Shown: piece after piece, positions 28,717-36,362 of the stretch
Position numbering within the stretch: the stretch's first letter is position 1
How the letters are laid out: each line of letters begins with the position of its first letter
Assembly (NCBI GenBank): GCA_035562755.1
Contig: DATMWA010000057.1
Location: 3,535 to 67,534, forward strand
Direction of reading: 5' to 3'
DNA: 64,000 nucleotides
From: Anaerolineales bacterium
GTDB lineage: Bacteria > Chloroflexota > Anaerolineae > Anaerolineales > Villigracilaceae
The notes under the pieces: model-generated
Told to the model about the DNA's origin: nothing
Seen by the model: only the letters and a program-made list of their open reading frames with translations
Databases searched by the model: none
Position numbers and translations under genes: made by a program

Positions 28717-30150
28717 GTGAAGGTTATAGATTTGAAGAAATATTTTACAGTGCGGAACATGATCGTTGCCAGTTTGGCACTGATTTTGTTCGTCGGCTCA
28801 TTTTTGTTAACTCGTTTTGTGATCGTCACCATGGAGGCGATCGGCGGTCTGCCGGGGGTGGCGATCCAGGAAAACTCAGAACAATCCAACGGAGAGGTTC
28901 CCGTTGAGGGCTTACCTACTCCTGTGGTGGCCGCGCCAGACATCGATCTTCCACCCGCTTGGGATGGCGCGAGCAGGGTGAATGTATTGCTTCTGGGTTT
29001 GGATACCGAATATCGCGACCCGGATGACCCCTTATATAACTCAGAACGCCAAGGTCCGTCCCGCTCAGACACGATGATTCTGTTGACTTTTGATCCGCAG
29101 ACGATGACGGCGGGAATGCTCTCGATTCCTCGCGATCTGTGGGTAAAGATTCCTGGTTTTGAATACGCCAAGATTAACACCGCTTACTACAACGGGGAAG
29201 CCTTTAAGCTGCCGGGCGGTGGTCCGGAACTGGCTATGGCAGCGGTTGAACAGTTACTTGGCATAAATATCGATTACTACGCCCAAATTGAGTTTTGGGC
29301 TTTTACTCAATTGATTGACGACGTTGGCAAGATTACCGTCGATGTTCCCAAGAAAATCTTTATTGATCCGATCGGCCCAGGCGCGGATGATATTATGTTA
29401 AGCGCTGGTCCCCATCGGCTGGGTGGGATTGAGGCTTTGGCTTATGTTCGAAATCGTTATACCCAGGATGGTGATGTTGACCGGTCCAAACGCCAGCAGC
29501 AGGTGATTATCGCCTTCAAAGACAAGGTAACCGATCCGGCGAATTTTCCCAGTTTTGTGGCGAAGGCTCCTCAAATTTGGGAGCATATTCAGGATGGGGT
29601 AAGAACAAATTTGACCTTCAATGACATCATGAAGATGGGTATGATGGTCAAGGATATCGATATCGCTTCGATTGAAAAAGGTGTGATTGATTACGAAATG
29701 GTGGTTTTGGACAGTGTGGTGGTGAATGGTGAAAACCAGAGCATCATGAAACCGATCCCATACAAAATTCGCGAACTTCGAGATGAAATCTTCAATTTGA
29801 ATGATTCCATTGTGCCTTTGGCGCAAGGCAGCAACGAAGAACTCGCGGTTCAGGAAGCTCCCCGAATTGGCGTCTACAACGCCAGCAGCGTAAGCGGCTT
29901 GGCGGAAAAGACGGCGGAATATTTGCGCGCCAAGGGTTTTAATGTCGTCACCGTGGAGCAGGCGGCTTATTATCCGGGCATTACGACCGTTATCGATCAT
30001 CGCGGCTCGCTGTATACGGTACGTTTCCTAAAAGAACTCTTCAACATGGCTTCTCCGTCTCAGATTACGTATAAAATCGATCCGAATCTCGGGGTAGATC
30101 TTGAACTCATTATTGCCGATGATTGGGCGATGGCGAATCCGATGCCATAA
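28717..30150 (+). CDS. LCP (LytR-CpsA-Psr) family cell-wall polymer ligase with LytR_C domain
   Basis: TM anchor, then LLLGLDT...RSDTMILLTFDP...SIPRDLWVKIPG...INTAY motifs, and a C-terminal LytR_C-like domain (RIGVYNAS...). Confidence 0.85.
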   Translation: MKVIDLKKYFTVRNMIVASLALILFVGSFLLTRFVIVTMEAIGGLPGVAIQENSEQSNGEVPVEGLPTPVVAAPDIDLPPAWDGASRVNVLLLGLDTEYRDPDDPLYNSERQGPSRSDTMILLTFDPQTMTAGMLSIPRDLWVKIPGFEYAKINTAYYNGEAFKLPGGGPELAMAAVEQLLGINIDYYAQIEFWAFTQLIDDVGKITVDVPKKIFIDPIGPGADDIMLSAGPHRLGGIEALAYVRNRYTQDGDVDRSKRQQQVIIAFKDKVTDPANFPSFVAKAPQIWEHIQDGVRTNLTFNDIMKMGMMVKDIDIASIEKGVIDYEMVVLDSVVVNGENQSIMKPIPYKIRELRDEIFNLNDSIVPLAQGSNEELAVQEAPRIGVYNASSVSGLAEKTAEYLRAKGFNVVTVEQAAYYPGITTVIDHRGSLYTVRFLKELFNMASPSQITYKIDPNLGVDLELIIADDWAMANPMP

Positions 30151-30169
30151 ATTTCAAAAAAGGTAAATG

Positions 30170-30200
30170 AAAAAACCGCGCGAGAGCGCGGTTTTCTTTT
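30170..30200. terminator. Bidirectional intrinsic terminator (LCP gene on +, SRP RNA on -)
   Basis: AAAACCGCGC-GAGA-GCGCGGTTTT, flanked by an A-run and a T-run. Confidence 0.8.
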
Positions 30201-30206
30201 CATTAA

Positions 30207-30312
30207 GAGCCGATCAGGATCCCGGCGGCACCCGAAGGGTTCTCCTTACCGTTGCTGCCTTTCGACCCTGGCGGGGTTCGCAGATCTCCGCCGCGCCGGT
30301 CCTGATCGGGAT
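30207..30312 (-). ncRNA. ffs: Small (4.5S-type) signal recognition particle RNA
   Basis: The minus strand reads CCCGAUCAGGACCGGCG...GCCAGGGUC-GAAA-GGCAGCAACGGUAAGG...GGGUGCCGCCGGGAUCCUGAUCGG. It has the domain IV motif (AGGxC, GNRA tetraloop, GGxAGCA) and a long closing helix (CCGAUCAGGA/UCCUGAUCGG, CCGGCG/CGCCGG). A promoter lies upstream and a terminator downstream. Confidence 0.8.
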
Positions 30313-30316
30313 ACAT

Positions 30317-30345
30317 AGGATAACGCAGGGATTGAGGCTTGTCAA
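30317..30345 (-). promoter_or_regulatory. Sigma-70 promoter of the SRP RNA
   Basis: On the minus strand: TTGACA, a 17-nt spacer, TATCCT. The -10 ends about 6 nt before the first base of the SRP closing helix. Confidence 0.6.
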
Positions 30346-30363
30346 TCATTTAGATGCAAGAAA

Positions 30364-30372
30364 TGTTATAAT
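30364..30372 (+). promoter_or_regulatory. Candidate extended -10 promoter (TGTTATAAT) for the STAS gene
   Basis: TGnTATAAT lies about 30 nt upstream of ATG 30401, back-to-back with the SRP RNA promoter. Confidence 0.4.
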
Positions 30373-30400
30373 TTTGAGGACATCACGGATTGGAGGAAGA

Positions 30401-30736
30401 ATGGAAGTAACGACCAAGCAATTCAAACATTGTGATTTGGTGGAAATCAACGGACGGATCGACAGCGCGACCGCGCCGGAGTTAAACGCTGCGTTGGAAT
30501 CGGTCATGGCTGAGAATCGGTTCAAGATTGTGGTTGACCTGGCAAAGGTTGAATTTATGTCTTCGGCGGGTTTCCGAGTTCTAATTTCAGCTCAAAAAAA
30601 TTGCAAGCGCTATAATCGCGGTGAAGTCGTATTCGCGGCTATTCCTAAAAATATTTATTCCGCGCTGGATCTGGCAGGATTCAACGCGCTCTTCCGCAGT
30701 TTTGAGGATGTAACCTCAGCGGTCGGTGCTTTTTAA
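30401..30736 (+). CDS. STAS-domain anti-sigma-factor antagonist (SpoIIAA/RsbV-like)
   Basis: Taken from the internal ATG at 30401 after GGAGGAAGA. 111 aa: ...INGRIDSATAPELNAALESV...VDLAKVEFMSSAGFRVLI... with the conserved phosphorylatable Ser. The upstream 78 codons of ORF 30167.. cover the SRP RNA and a terminator. Confidence 0.85.
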   Translation: MEVTTKQFKHCDLVEINGRIDSATAPELNAALESVMAENRFKIVVDLAKVEFMSSAGFRVLISAQKNCKRYNRGEVVFAAIPKNIYSALDLAGFNALFRSFEDVTSAVGAF

Positions 30737-30757
30737 GTTTTGAGGAATTTCAGATGA

Positions 30758-30789
30758 GCCGCTCATCCTGATGGGTGGGCGGCTTTTTT
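30758..30789 (+). terminator. Intrinsic terminator/attenuator between the STAS gene and the large sensor gene
   Basis: 11-bp stem (including two G-U pairs) GCCGCTCATCC-TGAT-GGGTGGGCGGC, followed by TTTTTT. Confidence 0.7.
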
Positions 30790-30793
30790 AATC

Positions 30794-33700
30794 ATGGCGA
30801 CCATACTTCGGAAGTTCTCAGCGGACTTCAAAAACCTGAATGATATACGTGATTTGGTTGGAAACAGCGCGCGTGAATGGGGGCTGGACGAGACGCAAAT
30901 TTACGAATTGCAATTAGCCACCGACGAAGCCGCGTCAAATATCATTGAACATGGTTACGAAGGTGAAGGGGAGAATACGATAGAGCTGCGCGTAGCCAAA
31001 GAAAATGGCGGAATTCTGGTTACTTTAATCGATTCTGGCCCGCCATACCAGCCAAATTTTATAAAAATCCCTGGAAAATCTCGCAAAGTTACCGATATGG
31101 AAGTTGGCGGACTGGGTTTGTACTTTATCCACAAGTTGATGGATGAGGTAACTTACCAATATGACCCAAAAATTGGAAATATCTTGAACTTGCGTAAACG
31201 GATTGGAACAATTCAAAAACCAAGGAAAAGAAATCGAGATCAGGTCGCCAATGAGATTTTTGATCTTGGCAGGCAGTTGATAGACGCTCCAACCATGGAC
31301 AAACGCAAGGAATTGGTTGAAAACACGCTGGAGGAATTATTTGGCGACGGGGCTGACTTGTGGTTGAACGAGAGAGCATTCCGTTTGCCAGGCCAGATGG
31401 AAAGACTTTTCGCGGACGAACCTGATTCGGAACTGCAATCAAACGCGATCAAGCGAAAGAAACCAGCCCGCTCGAGGGTTGGTGAAGAGGATCGGATCGC
31501 GATCCCGATTTTAAAGGACGATTTGGTGCAAGGGGCTGTGGAGGTTTGGAGGAGAGGGATCGGTAGATTTACACTCGGAGAGGAAAAAGCCCTCGATGGG
31601 GTGGCAAAAACAATCTCGATTGCCTATTCAGCCTGGCACCAGTTGGAAATTGAACGTTGGCGCTTGCGCCAGCTGAAAGTCCTTGAACAGGTATCGGCGG
31701 AACTGATTCGGGAACCAGATATTAACCGGATGTGTGAAAAAGCCTCAAAACTGATTCTCACAGGTTTCAAAGTTTATGGGGTCGGAATCTTTACCTTTGA
31801 CAAAACAAGGCGGGAACTCCTTTGCCGGGCGGCAATCGGAGGAGCTACAAGGGAAAGCGGCAGCGTGAGGAGCTTTAGTTATAGCGCTGAGTGGGGCAAA
31901 GATCCGGCTGGATTGGCAGTACAAAGCGGTGAGATGACCGAAATAACCGAGATTTCCGCTGCCGGGTTGAAAGTGGAAGAGCTGCCTGAAACCCGCTCGC
32001 GCGTCGCGATCCCGCTCAAAACCGAAGATCAAGTCATCGGCGCCCTCGAAATTCACTCGGAGAACGTGGATGGATTTCACCAGGTGGACATCATGGTGCT
32101 TAAGTCGCTGGCGGATACCATCGCCTTGGCGATCGAAGGATCGATCCTCCTTGAAGAACAGCAAGCCCAGGCTGCCCGTATGCGCCTGATCATGGAAGCC
32201 GGACATCAGATTACCTCAATCCTCGACCTGAATGAGTTGATGAATGAGGTCGGAAAGCTGGTGAACGAAAAACTTGGCTTTCCCTTTGTGCACCTTTTCA
32301 GTGTGCATCACAATCGCCGCCAGATCCGTTATGAAGGCGGGGCTGGTGAGAGGTCTTCGATTTTGGAGGGCTATGTCATTGATCTCGATGACCCGACCGG
32401 GTTCATTCCCTGGTGTGCCCGCAACGGTGAGACGATTATTTCCGGAGACGTGAAGAGTGACCCGCGTTATATCGAATCTCCCCTTCCGCCTTACAATACG
32501 GTCTCCGAAATAACAGTTCCCCTGTTGTTCAATGGGATGGTGAACGGGGTTTTGGATATTCAAAGCGACCTTGCCGACGCCTTCAGTGAACAGGATCGCA
32601 TCACCCTGGAGACCCTTGGAGATAACATTGCCAGCGCGATTAGAAACGCGGAACTGTACCATAGTGAGCAATGGCGCCGCCAGTCGGTGGATAGCCTGCG
32701 TGAAGTGGCAGGGTTACTCTCCAAAAACGTGCGCGTGGAGCAGGTGTTGAACGCTATCTTAACCGAGCTGGAGCGAAACCTGCCCGCGGACATATCCGCG
32801 GTTTGGTTGGTGGAAGATGGTGATTTGATTTGCGCCGCGTCACATGGGGCTGACCCCAAGGCGTTGGAGCAAATCAAAGATGTATCAGAAGATGCCTTTA
32901 ACCTCCTGGCCAGGATGGTCTTAAACGATTCACCAGCCATCCGCCTGGCGGATGACCCTTACGGTCCTTCCGCCATTCTGGGTGGTTATAAGTCCGATCA
33001 CTCTGCCATATACGTACCTCTGACAATCGCAAAATCGCCTTTGGGTGTATTGACACTGGCCCATCACACCGCCGGCAGATATGGTCATGAGGCGGCGGCG
33101 ATGACCTCAACTTTTGCCTCTTATGCCAGCGTTTCCATCGAAAACGCTCGCCTGTATGATAACGCCCAACAGCAAGCTTACGCGTCAGCGACTTTGCTGC
33201 AAATTGCTCAGGCGGTGGTGAGTTTAAACAACCTGAACGAAATTTTTGAGACGATCACCCGATCACTTCCAATTTTGGTCGGCGTGGACAAAGTCGCGAT
33301 TTTTACCTGGGTAGACAACCAAAAAATTTGTCTGGCCAACCAATATGGCATGGAGAAAGAATCCGCGAGCCACTGGGAAAAACCGTTTTTACCAGAAGAC
33401 TTGCCAATCCTGGCGCAAGCGCTTAATAGCGGAGAGGTAATGATCAGCAAGGATGGCTACAAAGGCGACCATTTATGGTCAGAAGCCGAATTCTCCAATG
33501 ATCGCGGAGAAGGCTCGACCTATTCGTTAGATGACCGACTTCTGATGGCGATCCCCCTGGTCCTTAAAAATGACATTTTGGGCGTTCTGCTGGTGGAGGA
33601 GGCTGAGGGAGGCAAACGATTCCGAGACAGGCGGTTGGAGATTCTTATCGGAGTAGCCCAGCAAATCACCCTTGCCATCCAGAATGAGAATTATCAAAGT

Positions 33701-34477
33701 GAGAAAATTGACCGGGAACGTTTGGAAACTGAGGTCAATGTAGCCCGCCAAATTCAAAAAACTTTCCTACCTTCAAATCCTTCCATTAACGCGGAATGGC
33801 AGATCGCCGCGGAATGGCTTACCGCCAAACAGATGGGCGGTGATCTTTATGATCTCATCGATTTGGGTGAAGGGAGATTTGGGATTTTCATCGCGGATGT
33901 TGCTGACAAAGGCATTGGCGCGGCGTTATTTATGGCTTCAACCAGAACCTTGTTACGCGCCAGCACCGGTTTATTTAACAATCCGGCCGATATGATGGCC
34001 TGGTTGAACCGAAAACTTACCCCGGATTGTGAAAATGGCATGTTTGTAACCGCCTTTTTGGCGATATTGGATACGAATAACGGCAACTTGGATTACGTAA
34101 ACGCGGGCCACAACCCGCCGATCGTGATTAGCAACAATCAGATTTCCCGATTGACGCGTACAGGTATCGCGCTTGGAGCGATGGAGGACGCGCAATATGG
34201 CCAGAGTTCGACCAGTATTTCCGATGGGGACGTGGTTTGTTTTTACACAGATGGAATCACGGAGGCTTTCTCTCCGGTTGGAGAGATGTTTGGAGAGGAA
34301 AGGTTGAGTTCTCTACTCCAACAGGCGGATCCGGCAATGAACGCGGCGGAAATCCTTGATGACATTCTTTTCGCGGTGCGTGAAATGACCAATAATTCCG
34401 CATTGAGCGATGATATTTCGATCCTTGTAATCAAAAAGAGCCCGTTGAAGGCGGACTCTTTGAAAAATTCTGCTTGA
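30794..34477 (+). CDS. Multidomain sensor: RsbW/SpoIIAB-type serine kinase (HATPase_c_2), about five GAF-like repeats and a PP2C (SpoIIE/RsbU-type) phosphatase
   Basis: N-terminal ATDEAASNIIEHGY and GGLGLYFIHKLMDEV. Five repeats of the GAF strand motif (IAIPILKDDLVQGAVEV, VAIPLKTEDQVIGALEI, ITVPLLFNGMVNGVLDI, IYVPLTIAKSPLGVLTL, MAIPLVLKNDILGVLLV). C-terminal GGDLYD, ADVADKGIGAA, NAGHNPP, YTDGITEA and SDDISILVI. Confidence 0.85.
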   Translation: MATILRKFSADFKNLNDIRDLVGNSAREWGLDETQIYELQLATDEAASNIIEHGYEGEGENTIELRVAKENGGILVTLIDSGPPYQPNFIKIPGKSRKVTDMEVGGLGLYFIHKLMDEVTYQYDPKIGNILNLRKRIGTIQKPRKRNRDQVANEIFDLGRQLIDAPTMDKRKELVENTLEELFGDGADLWLNERAFRLPGQMERLFADEPDSELQSNAIKRKKPARSRVGEEDRIAIPILKDDLVQGAVEVWRRGIGRFTLGEEKALDGVAKTISIAYSAWHQLEIERWRLRQLKVLEQVSAELIREPDINRMCEKASKLILTGFKVYGVGIFTFDKTRRELLCRAAIGGATRESGSVRSFSYSAEWGKDPAGLAVQSGEMTEITEISAAGLKVEELPETRSRVAIPLKTEDQVIGALEIHSENVDGFHQVDIMVLKSLADTIALAIEGSILLEEQQAQAARMRLIMEAGHQITSILDLNELMNEVGKLVNEKLGFPFVHLFSVHHNRRQIRYEGGAGERSSILEGYVIDLDDPTGFIPWCARNGETIISGDVKSDPRYIESPLPPYNTVSEITVPLLFNGMVNGVLDIQSDLADAFSEQDRITLETLGDNIASAIRNAELYHSEQWRRQSVDSLREVAGLLSKNVRVEQVLNAILTELERNLPADISAVWLVEDGDLICAASHGADPKALEQIKDVSEDAFNLLARMVLNDSPAIRLADDPYGPSAILGGYKSDHSAIYVPLTIAKSPLGVLTLAHHTAGRYGHEAAAMTSTFASYASVSIENARLYDNAQQQAYASATLLQIAQAVVSLNNLNEIFETITRSLPILVGVDKVAIFTWVDNQKICLANQYGMEKESASHWEKPFLPEDLPILAQALNSGEVMISKDGYKGDHLWSEAEFSNDRGEGSTYSLDDRLLMAIPLVLKNDILGVLLVEEAEGGKRFRDRRLEILIGVAQQITLAIQNENYQSEKIDRERLETEVNVARQIQKTFLPSNPSINAEWQIAAEWLTAKQMGGDLYDLIDLGEGRFGIFIADVADKGIGAALFMASTRTLLRASTGLFNNPADMMAWLNRKLTPDCENGMFVTAFLAILDTNNGNLDYVNAGHNPPIVISNNQISRLTRTGIALGAMEDAQYGQSSTSISDGDVVCFYTDGITEAFSPVGEMFGEERLSSLLQQADPAMNAAEILDDILFAVREMTNNSALSDDISILVIKKSPLKADSLKNSA

Positions 34478-34484
34478 ATTTTGT

Positions 34485-34982
34485 TTAAGTGATCTTAAGA
34501 ATCTTGGCGGTGTACTCGCCATTTTGGCTTTGTACCGTAACCACCTGGCCAACCCGATGCCCCATTAAAGCCCTACCGAGTGGTGATTCATTCGAGATTT
34601 TTCGTTCGGCGACATTGGCGCCTTCAACCCCGACAATTTTGTATTCCTCAGGATCGTCTACCACCCCGTCCATCGTGATGACAATTTGAACCGTATTGCC
34701 AACATGCACCGTGTCGAGGCGCGATTTGGCTTCCCGATCGGTAATAACCAAGGATTTGTTGAGGATGTATTCAACTTCCTGGATGCGGCCTTCAAGAAAA
34801 CCCTGATCTTCCTTTGCCTTGTGCCAGTCAGCGTTTTCTGAAAGATCTCCCATGGCTTTGGCTTCTTTTAAGCGGATAGCCAATTCCGCGCGACGTGGAC
34901 CGGTTAATTCGGCAAGCTCCTCACGCAGGTTTTTGGCTTCCTCTTCGGTTAAATACAGTTGTTCATTCATCCTTTCCTCCAA
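34485..34982 (-). CDS. greA: Transcription elongation factor GreA
   Basis: Coiled-coil N-terminus with MGDLSENADWHKAKEDQ, and a C-terminal FKBP-like domain. Confidence 0.9.
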   Translation of the reverse strand: MEERMNEQLYLTEEEAKNLREELAELTGPRRAELAIRLKEAKAMGDLSENADWHKAKEDQGFLEGRIQEVEYILNKSLVITDREAKSRLDTVHVGNTVQIVITMDGVVDDPEEYKIVGVEGANVAERKISNESPLGRALMGHRVGQVVTVQSQNGEYTAKILKIT

Positions 34983-34990
34983 AATAAGAA

Positions 34991-35013
34991 CCGGGTTTGA
35001 ACTTCAAGCCCGG
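34991..35013 (-). terminator. Terminator-like hairpin between the dGTPase-like gene and the greA RBS
   Basis: On the minus strand, the 10-bp stem CCGGGCTTGA-AGT-TCAAACCCGG is followed by TTCTTATTTT and then GGAGGAAAGG-ATG of greA. Confidence 0.5.
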
Positions 35014-35039
35014 CTCAATAATTGTTCTTAGAAATTATA

Positions 35040-36191
35040 TCAGGGCTTTATATTGGGATCGAAGAGTTTTTGATGTTCTTCGATCGCGAAGCGGTCTGTC
35101 ATGCCCGCGATGTAATCGCAAACTGTTCTTTCCAAGCCGCGACTGACCAGCTGACTTTGAAACTGATCTGGCAGCATGGATGGCTCGTTTGTATAGGAAT
35201 CGAAAATTTGATTGATGATATTTTCTGCTTTTACCTGCATGCGAATGACCCGGTAATGACGGTAAAGCTTTTTGTATAAAAAATCTTTCAATTCTCGGTT
35301 GCGGCGCGCCATTTCATCCGAAAAGCTGACAATATTGTAATTCAATTTCTGAATATCGAGCGCGGAGTGAACATTGGTAGCCCGCAAACGAAGGTCGGTG
35401 GCTTCGATCATATCCGTAATCAGGATTCCAACCAGATGTCGGATCATCTTGTGACGGTCGATTTCGAGGAGCCCGGGACCTTGCCATTGATATGTTTCCG
35501 CCAAAATTTGCCAGAGGGAGATACTCTGAAGTGATTGAGGTGTTAGCATTCCTGAGCGAAGCCCGTCATCCAGGTCGTGAGTTGTGTATGCTAACTCATC
35601 GGAAACATTGGCGATCTGGGTTTCAAGATTGCCGCGCAGATGAGGATCAAGGGCGCTTGCATCGCTGATGTCATATTCAGACTCATGTTTGACAATTCCT
35701 TCACGGACTTCCCAGGAGAGGTTGAGGCCCGGAAAATTCGGATAGCGATTCTCAAGCTCGGTAACGATCCTGTATGTTTGTTTGTTATGGTCAAAACCGC
35801 CATGATCTTTCATCAGCCGGCTGAGCGCGCGTTCCCCGCTATGGCCAAAAGGTGAGTGGCCTAAATCATGGGCAAGGCAGATAGCTTCCACCAGATCCTC
35901 ATTCGCGCCCAAGGCGCGAGCCAGGGTCCGTCCAATTTGGGCGACTTCAAGGGTGTGAGTAAGGCGGGTGCGGAAATAATCACCTTCGTAGTTAATGAAA
36001 ACCTGGGTTTTGTATTCCAGCCTTCTAAATGCGGTTGTATGCAAAATTCGGTCCCTGTCGCGCTGGAAAACAGTCCGATAATCGGGTTCCTTGTCAAGAT
36101 ATTCACGCCCCTTGGTTTCGGAGGAGCGGACCGCATAGGGCGCCAAAGTGGAATTTTCGATCTCTTCCAATCGGGTTCTATTTAAATACAT
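35040..36191 (-). CDS. dGTP triphosphohydrolase-like HD-domain protein
   Basis: HD motifs RLTHTLEVAQIGRTLA and HDLGHSPFGH. 383 aa, Dgt-like family architecture. Confidence 0.85.
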   Translation of the reverse strand: MYLNRTRLEEIENSTLAPYAVRSSETKGREYLDKEPDYRTVFQRDRDRILHTTAFRRLEYKTQVFINYEGDYFRTRLTHTLEVAQIGRTLARALGANEDLVEAICLAHDLGHSPFGHSGERALSRLMKDHGGFDHNKQTYRIVTELENRYPNFPGLNLSWEVREGIVKHESEYDISDASALDPHLRGNLETQIANVSDELAYTTHDLDDGLRSGMLTPQSLQSISLWQILAETYQWQGPGLLEIDRHKMIRHLVGILITDMIEATDLRLRATNVHSALDIQKLNYNIVSFSDEMARRNRELKDFLYKKLYRHYRVIRMQVKAENIINQIFDSYTNEPSMLPDQFQSQLVSRGLERTVCDYIAGMTDRFAIEEHQKLFDPNIKP

Positions 36192-36273
36192 TGATGTTCC
36201 TTTCGATCTGATGATCAGGCAGTAAGAATATTATAGTGGAAAATCAATTGGTTTGATAGCGGAAGAGGCTTCA

Positions 36274-36304
36274 AGTGGCTGGATTTCGCCAAAATCCAGC
36301 CACT
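36274..36304. terminator. Stable 13-bp hairpin downstream of the DUF4153-like gene
   Basis: AGTGGCTGGATTT-CGCCA-AAATCCAGCCACT. The T-run is on the plus side only, so strand and function are uncertain. Confidence 0.35.
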
Positions 36305-36362
36305 TTTCAGGTTAGGGAAAGTTATTTGATGTTTTACACAACCAGAGCTGCATTGCGCCTTA

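Noticed and set aside
28593-30000. Two long antisense ORFs (195 and 200 aa) inside the LCP gene
   Set aside because: The + frame carries the full set of LCP motifs. The antisense products have no motifs, no RBS, and low-complexity composition.
30167-30400. N-terminal 78 codons of the 189-aa ORF 30167..30736
   Set aside because: This stretch covers a terminator hairpin, the SRP RNA (antisense) and promoter elements. The true STAS gene starts at the RBS-preceded ATG 30401.
35040-36191. dGTPase-like gene as an anti-phage nucleotide-depletion defence
   Set aside because: It is a single gene in a housekeeping context, just upstream of greA on the same strand, with no other defence genes or mobile elements nearby. 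It looks like the ordinary Dgt-like paralogue.
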